NCBI RefSeq assembly: GCF_964355755.1
Contig: NC_092677.1
Location: 26,275,175-26,339,174, forward strand
Length of the DNA stretch: 64,000 nucleotides
Reading direction: 5' to 3'
From: Antedon mediterranea
Taxonomy: Eukaryota; Animalia; Echinodermata
The number at the start of each line of letters is the position of its first letter. The stretch's first letter is position 1. The notes beneath the pieces are model-generated. The model made no database searches. It was not told the origin of the DNA and saw only the letters and a list, made by a program, of their open reading frames with translations. The position numbers and the translations under genes were made by a program. Positions 1-12,000 of this stretch are shown here, piece by piece.

Positions 1-2206
1 TATATTGATATAAGCAGTGAGTTAGGCAGAAAAAAAATTATAACTTAGATACTTTTGTTATGAGGCTGTAGATATCATATATATACAAAAAATGCTACCT
101 TTAAGTAACAAAATTTAATAGCATCAGCTCTTCAGATTAAAATTAACACTGATGGTTTAAAAAAAAGAAAGTAGCAATAAAAGCGAAAGAAATTGTAACA
201 AATGGGTTAAAAAATATACTATAAAAATCATAAGTTAGCTCTCCTTAATTGCCTAAGTCACACAGCTGACTTAGGCAGAAACACAAAAAATATAGTATTT
301 TGATATAAGCAGTGAGTTAGGCAGAAAAACAAAACACAAATTATGACTTAAATACTTAGTATATTAATATAAGACACTTAACAAAACGATCTGAGCCTGT
401 GCAAATGTATATAAAAGCACTCAGATAATGTACAAAGGGCAGTATAATGATATAAGCAGTGAGTTAGGCAGATCATAAGTCAGCTCTCCTTAATTGCCTA
501 AGTCACAAAGCTGACTTAGGCAGAAACACACAAAATATAGTATATTGATATAAGCAGTCGGTTAGGCAGATCATAAGTCAGCTCTCCTTAATTGCCTAAG
601 TCACACAGCTGACTTGGGCCGAAACACAAAAAATGTAGTATATTGATATAAGCAGTGAGTTAGGCAGAAAAAAAATTATAACTTAGACACTTTTGTTATG
701 AGGCTGTCGATATCATATATATACAAAAAATGCTACCTTTAAGTAACAAAATTTAATAGCATCAGCTCTTCAGATTAAAATTAACACTGATGGTTTAAAA
801 AAAAAGAAAGTAGCAATAAAAGCGAAAGAAATTGTAACAAATGGGTTAAAAAATATACTATAAAAATGCATTTCTTATTTTATTTTAAAAATCATCAGTC
901 TCCTCTCCTTAATTGCCTAAGTCACACAGCTAACTTAGGCAGAAACACAAAAAACGATCTGAGCATGTGCAAATGTATATAAAAGCACTCAGATAATGTA
1001 CAGAGTGCAGTATAATGATACAAGCAGTGAGTTAGGCAGATCATAAGTTAGCTCTCCTTAATTGCCTAAGTCACACAGCTGACTTAGGCAGAAACACAAA
1101 AAATATAGTATTTTGATATAAGCAGTGAGTTAGGCAGAAAAACAAACACAAATTATGACTTAAATACTTTTATTATGAGGCTGTCGATATCATCTATTTA
1201 AAAAAAATGCTACCTTTAAGTAACAAAATTTAATAGCATTAGCTCTTCAGATTAAAATTAACACTGATGGTTTTAGAAAAGGAAAGTAGCAATAAAAGAG
1301 AAAGAATTTGTAACAAATGGGTTAAAAAACACACCATAAAAATGTATTTCTTATTTTATTAAACAGCTGACTTAGGCAGAAACACAAAAAATATAGTATA
1401 TTGATATAAGCAGAGAGTTAGGCAGATCATAAGTCATCTCTCCTTAATTGCCTATGTAACACAGGTGACTTGGGCAGAAACACAAAAAATATAGTATATT
1501 GATATAAGCAGTGAGTTAGGCGGATCATAAGTCCGCTCTCCTTAATTGCCTAAGTCAAACAGCTGACATAGGCAGAAACACAAAAAATGTAGTATATTGA
1601 TATAAGCAGTGAGTTAGGCAGATCATAAGTCAGCTCTCCTTAATTTCCTAAGTCCCACAACTGACTTGGGCAGAAACACAAAAAATATAGTATATTGATA
1701 TAAGCAGTGAGTTAGGCAGATCATAAGTCAGCTCTCCTTAATTTCCTAAGTCCCACAACTGACTTGGGCAGAAACACAAAAAATATAGTATATTGATATA
1801 AGCAGTGAGTTAAGCAGAAAAAAAAATTATGTCTTAGACACTTTTGTTATGAGGCTGTCGATATCATCTATATACAAAAAAGTCTACCTTTAAGTTACAA
1901 AAGTTAATAGCATTAGCTCTTCAGATTAAAATTAACACTGATGATTTTAGAAAAGGAATGTAGCAATAAAAGAGAAAGAATTAAAAAAGCATGAGTCTCC
2001 TCTTCTTAATTGCCTAAGTCACACAGCTGACTGAGGCAGAAATACAAAAAACGATCTGAGCATGTGCAAATGTATATACAGGCACTCAGATAATGTAGAG
2101 AGGGCAGTATAATGATATTAGCTGTGAGTTAGGCAGATCATATGTCAGCTCTCCTTAATTGCCTAAGTCCCACAGCTGAATTAGGCTGAAACACAAAAAA
2201 TATAGT
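1..2206. repeat. Composite satellite: 98-bp hairpin-containing unit interspersed with a ~220-bp block and a ~90-bp block
   Basis: Unit gatcataagtcagctctccttaattgcctaagtcacacagctgacttaggcagaaacac...gagttaggca recurs at a 98-bp period (1425, 1523, 1621, 1719). It contains the inverted repeat TGCCTAAGTCA-cacagc-TGACTTAGGCA. The longer block (tgaggctgtcgatatc...aaagaaattgtaac) occurs near 30, 668, 1140 and 1818; the short block (aaacgatctgagcatgtgcaaatg) near 384, 953 and 2049. Confidence 0.9.
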
Positions 2207-4485
2207 CTTAAAAACATTGACGCTGTCATTTGGCGTCCACGTAATGATTATTGTTTAAACGTTTGTATTATAGCATGACAATGATTCGCGCTGTTATATC
2301 CTTGGATTGAATGAATATGGTAGTTTAAAATAAGTAATATGTGCAGTTTTAAATATATATATTTTTTTATTTCTCTGTCTTGCATCTTGTATGACCCCGG
2401 TGTTTAGAACACGCATTGTGATTGTAAGACGACGCTGTTCTCTCTTTGGTTGTAAACTGAAAATATTGACGCGCGCAGTCAATGGCGTCGAAGTAGGGCT
2501 TCCATGTCTCTATACCTGGCTGGTTGTTATTGCATTATTCTATAAAACGACGGTGTTCTGTCTCAGTTTGGTAAACGGAATGCTTGAAAAAATTGACGCG
2601 CGCCCTGTCATTTGGCGTCGAAGTAAATCTTTTTATTTTTCTAAAGAATTATCGAACGAATACTAGATGTTCATTGCCACATGTTGAATGCTTTAACAAT
2701 AAGACACGCACTGTCCTTGGAGGGGGGGGGGGGGGGTGGATGTCTTGAAGATGAGTTTTTCATAAATGTTTAATGTCATTACATACATCGAATGAATTGT
2801 GTTAAATACCCTGTCCACGTTGCGCGCCTTGCTAGCTGTATCGAGGGAGGTCTTGAAGATGAGTTTTTCATAAATATTTAATGTCCCAATGCATTATGTA
2901 CATCGAACGAATACCCATTGAAGTAAACACAATCAAAGGCTTTGACTTCTTCCCGAAGTAAAACAGATTTTAATTCGTTCTCTCAGTATACAACACGCGA
3001 CGAATTCACAGCATGTTACGTCTGCCATTAATTGCGCGCCCTTATCAGTTCGTTGAGCAAAGAGACGGTGTATTGCTTCTTCACGAAGTAAAAAAGATTT
3101 TAATTCGTTCTCTCAGTGTACATCACGCGCCGAATGGCCATCGTTTGCCTCGTATCAAGTCTAAACCAATTTCCACTCACCCTCCTTCGTTACAAGATTA
3201 TCATGAGTCAAAACGGTAGAGGCAATGGATGTAATAAATTACCATTCCCTAACATAATACAGTAACATCTACATGAGCATTCTAGAATGAAAACATTATT
3301 ATAAGAACAATCAGAACCATTCCAAAAAGTATGCTTTTAATAGGAACTGTAATACCAATAGAGTAAGACCTGTGATCTAGATGATATATTCAGGGAGTTG
3401 TCTAATAACAACTCCCTGATATATTGTTTACAAGGGGAAGGGTATGTTCTCTCTCGGTTTAGGTGAACTGAATGCTTAAAAACATTGACGCGCGCTGTCA
3501 TTAGGCGTCGAAGTAATGAATATTGTTTAAACGTTTGTATTATAGCATGCCTAACAATGATTCGCGCTGTTGTATCCTTGGATTGAATGAATATGGTATT
3601 TGAAAATAAATAATATGTGCAGTTTAAATAATGTATTTTTTTTATTTCTCTGTCTTGCATTTTGTATGATCCCGGTATTTTGAACACGCATTGTGATTGT
3701 GTAAGACGACGCTGTTCTCTCTTTGGTTGTAAACTGAAAACATTGACGCACGCTGTCATTAGGCGTCGAAGTAAAAATGTTGGGTTTATTTTCTAAAGAA
3801 TTATCGAACGAATGCTAGATGACCATGTTGAATGATTTTACAATAAGATACGCACTGTCCTTGGTGCGAGGGTCTTGAAGAATGGATTGTCATAAAAAGT
3901 TTACGGTCATTTCATACATCGAACGAATGCAATTGTCTTAAACGGCAAGTTAGGTATTATACCGCACCTATATGCGCGCCTTTGCCAGCTGTATCGGTAT
4001 TGAAGATGTTTGACATCGTCAACGTTTGCCATCGTATGGACCTTGGTATCAAGTCTAAATCAATACGAATGCTATTGTGTTAAACGGCAAGTTAGATATT
4101 ATACCGCGCCTATATGCGCGCCTTTGCCACTCGGTATTGAAGATGTTTGACGACATCGTCATAAATTACCATTTCCTAACATATATACAGTAACATCTAC
4201 ATGAACATTCTAGAATGTGTTTAGATTTTAAGAAACCATGTATAATTATTATAAGAACAATCAGAACCATTCTAAAGTATGCTTAGAAATTGTAATACCA
4301 ATAGAGTAAGAAGTATCATCTAGAAGATTACGAACATATCGTATACAAGAAGAGGGAACGGGTAGTGTTCTCTCTCAGGTGAACTGAATGCTTAAAAACA
4401 TTGACGCGCGCTACCATTAGGCGTCGAAGTAATGATATGGTTTAAACGTTTTGTATTATAGCATGCCTAACAATGATTCGCGCTG
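2207..4485. repeat. Nested direct duplications built around the motif aaaaacattgacgcgcgctgtcattaggcgtcgaagtaa
   Basis: 2207-2720 is repeated at about 3475-3862 and partly at 4391-4485; 3232-3480 is repeated at about 4162-4400. The core motif recurs near 2210, 2460, 2588, 3478, 3737 and 4395. Confidence 0.8.
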
Positions 4486-4823
4486 GATTCAACGATTAGT
4501 ACAGGGATTTTGTCGAAAAATGGCCAATTTTCGACCTTTTTATTTTTCGACATAATTGGGTTCTATGGTACTATAAGATGATCATAAAGCAATAAAAAAA
4601 ACCCGGATAATTGAATTTTAAAAACTTGATATTTTGGACATTTTTAAAAATTTTTTTGTCGATTCACGTTCGAGTTGAATACAGCTACTTCCAGATTTGG
4701 TCTTGAAATTAATAATATTAATATTAAGTCTAGAGGATTTGTAAAAAGATGCTGTCGCATATAAGTCTGGACAAAATCTCATCATTGTTTGTGTTGTGAA
4801 AAACTTGTGGAAGTCAGATATTA

Positions 4824-4960
4824 ATTACGTCACTTTTCAGTGTTCTGATTGGTCAAAATGACAACTTTTGGAACAATTTTTCTGCTGCTCTGATTACGTC
4901 ACTTTTCAGTGCTCTGATTGTTCAACTTTTGGAACGCTTTCCGCTGCTCTGATTGGTCAA
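4824..4960. repeat. Short tandem repeat carrying ATTACGTCA and CTGATTGG (CCAAT) motifs
   Basis: attacgtcacttttcagtg(t/c)tctgattgg occurs twice, and a third tctgattggtcaa follows. Confidence 0.6.
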
Positions 4961-6346
4961 TCAGTTGTTCAATTCATTGTCCAATTCTACAGCACACATT
5001 GGGTTATTTGTAGCGCAATAGTAAGGGAAATTTTGTGTAAGACGATGTTAACAATGTTATCATAACATGTACTGTAGGTTTATACCGTACCATCTAAATA
5101 ATATCCCTCTTAGCTTTGAAAACAGTTCATCATCAGCAGTAACATGTTACAGCATTTTTATATACAAAAAAGCATTGAAATTAAACATGTATTTCAATAG
5201 ATACATTAAAAGTAGACGCTCTTTTGCGCTCCATAGAAACGAAAATATTGAAATTCGAGTATGCGAAGTTCGTGAACAGTATGCGAGAAACACGTCTGTA
5301 AAATCATAAATTTAAAGGACTTTTTATGCGATTCTTCTAATGTGTGGTTACGTAACAAGTTTGTAGTCGCAGGTGCGAAACGGAACTTGCGCCAGGGGAG
5401 CGGAGGTTCTACTGTAATTGAATAATAGAGGGCAGCAGATTCTTACTAGTGCACTTTTATTCTTTTATAATTTCATACACAATCCCCATTAAAATAGTTA
5501 AAATAATACAAGTGTAAATACAAAAGAAATAGATAATATTTACAAAATTAAAAATACATGTATACATTTTCAGATAAGAATTGGCATTTTAAAATTACAT
5601 AAATCTTCATCCGCAAATACATATCAAATACCATTACGTCTATTCAATGCATTGAGCTATTTTTTATGGAATTATGAATGAATTAATAGAGGATCGAATT
5701 ACGTAAACAATAACAATGTTTAATCACATTTAAAAAAAAAAACATACAAGTTGGGTTTTATTTTTTAAATAAAATATTAAAGCAATTTGCACCAATAGAT
5801 GTAATTAAAACTTTAATATTTGTTTTGTTTTGATGCCAAAAAAAACCCCCTGATACTGTACCTAAAAGGAGAGAATAAAAACTAAATATATAGTAACATA
5901 ACATGTTTGACATTTAACGTCAAAATAAAAGGCACTAGATAAGATTAATTCTTAAGTATCTACCATCAGAAAATATATATAACAATATATCATATGCCAA
6001 TAAGTGTTTCAATTCATTAAAAGTTACATACATACAATTAGAAAATACAAAATTCATTCAAACTTTTTACATCATACTCCTATTGCTATGGAAACCATAG
6101 AAGTCTAGGAAATTGTGTGCAATTTTTGCAATCTATTTTATACACAAATTCCATAACTAAAAAAATTAACTATGTATTTGGAACTTTTAATTTATTAGTA
6201 ATAAAGATAATTAATCTAGGCTATTACATTGAGATTTTAAGACCATAGCTGAACCAACAAACTTCTAGATTACTTTTGTACCTGTATATAAATACAGTAA
6301 TAGCATTATAGTACAGTAATAAACTTGGTGTGAAATAATTTAAAAT

Positions 6347-6426
6347 AAATGGTAGGTATGGGGCGCAAATGGTAGGTATGGGGTGCAAATGGTAGGTATA
6401 AGGCGCAAATGGTAGGTATGGGGCTC
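6347..6426. repeat. 20-bp minisatellite x4
   Basis: (aaatggtaggtatggggcgc)x4 with minor variants. Confidence 0.9.
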
Positions 6427-7408
6427 ACAACCACACCGATGACCTGTCATGCTCAGCATATCGGGTTAAATTAAGACTTTAGTACAGCATTGCTATAATT
6501 TATGCAAAATTTAAGAATATCATCTTAATACTACATCTTGCTACATGTGTTATGCGGAATGTATTTACGTGAATCTGTGGTAAAGCAGGTTTTTAAAATA
6601 ATCGAAATAGAACTACTGTAAAGATTAAGAAGTCTTTAAAAAAAATATAAAAAACCAATCATTACTGTAGGGTGAGCACACAAACAGATTGCGCAGTTTA
6701 TAAAAACATTGTAAATGTTCTATTGGTTGGCTGTCCAACTACAGTATAAAGCTTAGTTCGCACTAAGACATATACGCAACAAAAACGAGTTGACCGATGA
6801 CAAGCGACTTTTGTTGCGATACGTCCTAGCATTGCATCTCTATACTAAAACCATATTGCGACTCAGGTATAAGCCCATATTCAGATTGTCCCATGTCAGT
6901 ATGGTAGTAAGTATAATCAAGATAAGTTACAGTACTACAGCAATGTGTCATTACTGTAAGTGTCAAAGGTCAATGACATTTTATTACGGTTTGCTCAAAC
7001 AAGAAGTTGTTGATGTACACAATATTAACAATACATTCTTTTATCAAATATTATTGGTTACAGCAGCTATTTATTTGTTTCCTGTATATTAAGGATTCAT
7101 ATTGTTTACTGTACATAATAGGCAGTATATTATTCTACGAATATTAACAAGTTTTAAATCAAAATATGATTAGGAAAAAACACTTTTAATATGTAGCTGA
7201 CAATGTAACCAATTGAAAGCTATAAATTAAAAATAGACTATCCTTCACTTGTTGTATTATTTTAATAAATTACTTGTACACAATATCCATCCCATAATAT
7301 CAAGTATGTTTATAAGGAGAGGACAGATTTTACAGGTAGTATAAAGGTCAGATGAGGTCAGGCAACTATTAAAATGAGTTTGAGTGTAAACTAAAGGTGA
7401 TGTTTGAT

Positions 7409-7672
7409 TATCCCAGTACTGCAGTAATTGTAATCCTTCCATCTACAGTAGCAGAATATCATATCTCAGTACTGCAGCAGTAGCAGAATATCCCCGAACT
7501 GTACTGCAGAATATCCCAGTACTGCAGTAATAGCAGAATATCCCAATACTGCAGCAGTATCAGAATATCAAAGTACTGCAGCAGTAGCAGAATATCCCAG
7601 TACTGTACTGCAGAATATCCCTGTACTGCAGTAATAGCAGAATATCCCAGTAATTGCAACCCTTCCATCTAC
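7409..7672. repeat. Minisatellite of about 27 bp (atcccagtactgcagcagtagcagaat)
   Basis: About 9 degenerate tandem units; explains the spurious LLQYWDILL ORFs. Confidence 0.85.
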
Positions 7673-9013
7673 ATACAGTGTTATGTTTAACAAACATATT
7701 CCAATAATGGGTTTCTTGGCGAATAGCAATAATATATTTATCATTACAGTGTACAGTAATTTGTAGCTCGTTTACAGTATTACAAATTACAGTTTAAAAG
7801 AATCTTACTGTTGAAATTATAACGAACCAACAACATAATGTGTGCACATCTCAACAACTACAGTATCAATCATGCATCATAAAAACAATAGTGTCTGAGA
7901 TGTTGGAATGGAATATGGACGTTGGAATACAGTAGAGTATACTGAATATAAAATTGAATACTATCTAAGAGTTTTAAAATCTTATTAAAATATACTGTAC
8001 AATGGTGTTTGACGAATGTATTATTATTATTTGTACAAATGAATTTCATTTCAATTAAGCTTGATGTCGCATATTGACACAGTGCAACGACGTAGGCGTA
8101 ACACAAGTTAGTTGACCAATCACAAATGGTTGATGATCTATCGTGTCGCTATTGGCCAAATTGCTTTTGGTGAGTTTACATCCTTGCATTGCGTCAAAAT
8201 TGAAAGCAAACTTTAACAGAACTGTTTAAAAATAATGTACATCTTAAATTTGTTCTTAAAAATATTTTGTCAAGGTACAGTACTTATCTTATTTAAAACT
8301 TATTGCTACAATTAAGAACTTTAAAAAACAATTGAATGCCATTTCATTTTGATTTAAAAAAGTATAATTATTAAAATTATTTTTATTCTATAAGGCTACA
8401 ATATCCCAAAAATGCATAATGAATTTGACAAGGTGATTTCAATTTTAAGAAAGAGATTAATATTTATAGTAAAATCAATGTCTCTCTTCTACTACAGATG
8501 AATGGACATACAGTACAATTCTGTCTAACCCCTTTTATGCCGATTTCTTCCTGTTATTGGTTTCCCAACTAGCAAACAGTGAAAAGTGACAACATTTCCA
8601 TAATTTTGGCGAAATTTCATTTTTTATGGTGAAACTATTAATGTGTATATTGCAAAATGACAGTGTTGCATTTTAGACGAAACTTGGATTAAACATTGTT
8701 AGTTTAGTATAAACACCTCAGGCTGAGCGTTGCAAACACTTTGATGGCCTATTGAAGAAAACATCAAGCTCAAATTGATCTTGCCTTGTTTTCCCTTTTC
8801 AACTGGAATGATTACTTTGTGTACTGGCTACAAACAATTTTGGAGCAGTACAATCGTGATAGCGAATAGGTTTTGGTATTACTGTATAGTTGTACATCCA
8901 ATCTCGTATTTAATAATGAACAATAATCGTACTGTACAGTACAATATAGCTGGTGTTCATGTTTTGGCACAGTATTCAAAAGCTGGTATTAATAGTTTAA
9001 AAATTCTTTAAAA

Positions 9014-12000
9014 TTAAAGAGTTAACGCTGATGTTTCCTTTTCCAGCAAGTTTTCTTGCGAGGAGTGTAAAGCGTTTCCGTTGTGAACGCCATTTCTTAA
9101 GGAAGCACCAGATCCCTTCGGATCCTCGTATGACTTGTCATTTCTTTCTAAATCCATCACCTCATCTTCATCGCTATCAATGTCATTGTGGTGATGTTGA
9201 TGTTGATGTCTCCCTGCATCCACCAACGACGGTAACGAACGATTTAAATGAGTCGACTGCGACGCCAAAAGGGCCGTCGGTTTACGATGCGATCGTGAGA
9301 TTGTGTTGCGTTGATTGACCGGTTTCACCGTGATGATAAGGTTTGAACTATTGGCTACCATCATGTCTGTGACCTGATCTAAAGTCTTTCCAATCACCTC
9401 AATACCGTTAACCTCTAAAACTTCATCATTAACCGCTAATAAACCCGTACTCTCCGCAAGACCTCCAGGCACTAATCGCGAAATAAAAATCCCCGGAACT
9501 TTTTCAAGACCTTTTGGCGTGACACGAACACTCGTTCCATCGCGGATGTAAAACCCGAGAGGCTTGTCCGACCCATGCTTGTGTAGACGTACCCTCCTGT
9601 GCGTGTCTGGTACGATATCAACGTCAATAATCGCTGATACTCTTCGGAAGTCCTGTGGCATTGAGATGGGCATTATTGGTCTTAAAGGTTTCGCAGTATT
9701 TCCTCCTCCAAGAATTTTTCCAATTCCTTTGTTTTTGCGTAATGTTGTACTCATGTACATACTCTCATTGGCTTCTTCTGAAAAAACAAAAAAGAGAACA
9801 CATCTGAGGACGGACCAATCATATCCCCTCTTTCCCAAAACTACAAACGTTATCTTTAAACTTCTAATAGATAGAAGCGACCAATTTTATCATATATTAT
9901 TATTCATTTTTTAAAAATTATTTCCTTTACCGTATATCATCTACAAATGTATATCACATATATATTCAAATTGTTATTGTTAATGTTATTTTCTATAAAA
10001 TGTTACTAAATATATAAATTAGGTATGTTCTTGCACAGAACAGGGCCTGATCAGTTTCAGCCTACTTTTTACTCAAAACACAACTGGCTTTTCATTTGGT
10101 GATCATTCATCCTACTGTACTTGGTTGCGTAATAAAATTATTATAATCCAGTTATTGTTTTTTAGTCAAATGTTTGCAACATTCAAAGATTGGGAACATG
10201 ATTGCGTTTCAACTAAAAATTGCTCTACGGAAACCTGGTTTTGACGATTGAGAATGGAAACAATTTGGGTTATTAAAAGTAAAACTATATGTATTAAGTT
10301 CTTAAATATTATATATGGATACTTAGTTTACTGTGCCATCAATAAGATAAAGTATGTCATTGCATACTAGTAAACATTACAAAGTGTTCACATTTAAAAG
10401 AGTCCTATGGTGCTTCAACATTTTTGCCCCTCAAGCATAAAACCAAAAGAAACTGCAATGGAATTCAACCAGGGACCAAGGATCGCCACAGTTCAACGCA
10501 CACACAGTTGCCAATGTTTATTTGACTGTAAACTCTCTCCAGATAGTTCAGCTACAAAGTTGCATAATTTATTGTCAAGCCTTTATAGTCAAACAATGAT
10601 ATTAAAACAGTACCAACAAAAAGGATTCTTTATCCAAATGCTAAATATCTTTTTTTGCTGAAGAATATTCTTCAAGATCAGTTTTTACTTTTACACACAA
10701 CCGCAGGCCAGCATAATAAAGATCTATAATTAGATTGCACAGATGGGTTAATATTTAACGATTTAACTATGTTTTTAAACTGCCAAAAACCACTTGTTAA
10801 TGTTTAATATTAAGACAACATGTAACACAGTAAATGTGGTGAGAAATCAATGCCACTGCTACAGTACATATTTTATTTGATTTGAGCAAGACTCTCTCTA
10901 CTGCCTCTTAAACAAATATATTGTTATGGATGCGTAATTTGCGACTAAATTAACAATGATTGTAACAGTTAATAACTTAAGCTCTGTCTACACTATCAAA
11001 CTTTACATAATACGTGACAAAACAAATGCGATGTGCCCATGGACATGATGTCATATCACTATACCATTTTTGGGCACATCATACTTTTTTGTCAAACTAG
11101 TTTGATAGTGTCGACAGAGCTTTATATCTCACTATTTGACAAAGTTCCTTAAAACACGCTCTATTTTGCATGAAATATTTTTACCTGTTCCCCAAATTTG
11201 ATCAAATCTAACTGTAATCTACAGTTTTGAAGTTATAATATTCAGATCAGAGAGTTGTCTACACTACCAAACTAGTTTGACAAAAATATGGTAGTGATAT
11301 GCCCAAATATGGTGTAGTGATATGATATCATTATGTCCATATGGACACATCACATTTTTTTGTCACAGAGTTTGAAGTTTAGACAGAGCTTAAGCTAATA
11401 TACTAGACCTACAGTACAGTTACACTTTTCATTTGATGTGGAAATATATGCAGATCAGAATCGAATACAGCTGATTATTGTGAATCTGCTGGTCCACACA
11501 CAAACAGTGCATACATTACAATTAAAATATAACAGTATCTATTACAAGGGCATTGAACTTTACTTTTCTAGAAGTTCAATAACTATTGACAGTTTTAGAA
11601 TCAGTGAGGCCAAACATTGACTCATTAAATCATACACACAGATTGGTACTGTATTCAATAAATGTTGGAACTTGTCTGCTGTGGAAAAACAGTTCCGTTT
11701 GAAAAGTTAAACATTTAATTTCACAGCTTAAAGGCCAATTTACACAGACGAGCAGATACGGTAATACAAATAGAATCTATGTTATTCCTAATGACCATTT
11801 ACACACAACGCGGAGCGGATGATATACAGACTCTATGTGGGAAAAGCTACACGGTTTTCTGCTTACCGTTACTGCTGGTCTGTGTAAATTGGCCTTAACA
11901 GGCCGGCCTTTTTTAAATTTTAGTGAGCAAAAGAACGGTTTTTAAACAAAATTTTGAAATATAAATTATACTCTTCTTGCCAAAAGAAATGGAATTTTAA

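Noticed and set aside
1-2206. CRISPR-like array (palindromic repeat at regular spacing)
   Set aside because: The sequences between hairpins are themselves repeated rather than unique spacers, there are no cas genes, and the context is eukaryotic.
2294-3759. Similar short ORFs (MTARVNIFSLQPKREQRR...) suggesting a small gene family
   Set aside because: They come from duplicated non-coding blocks; frames are broken differently in each copy.
4500-5416. Possible TA-flanked DNA transposon (TACAGGG... to ...GGTTCTACTGTA)
   Set aside because: The two ends are not convincing inverted repeats of each other.
7257-7668. Leu/Gln/Trp-rich repetitive ORFs
   Set aside because: Minisatellite translation.
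9778-9838. N-terminal [20 protein letters not shown] of the 274-aa ORF
   Set aside because: Intron sequence upstream of the acceptor at 9778-9780; the real N-terminus comes from exons at 19323-19933.
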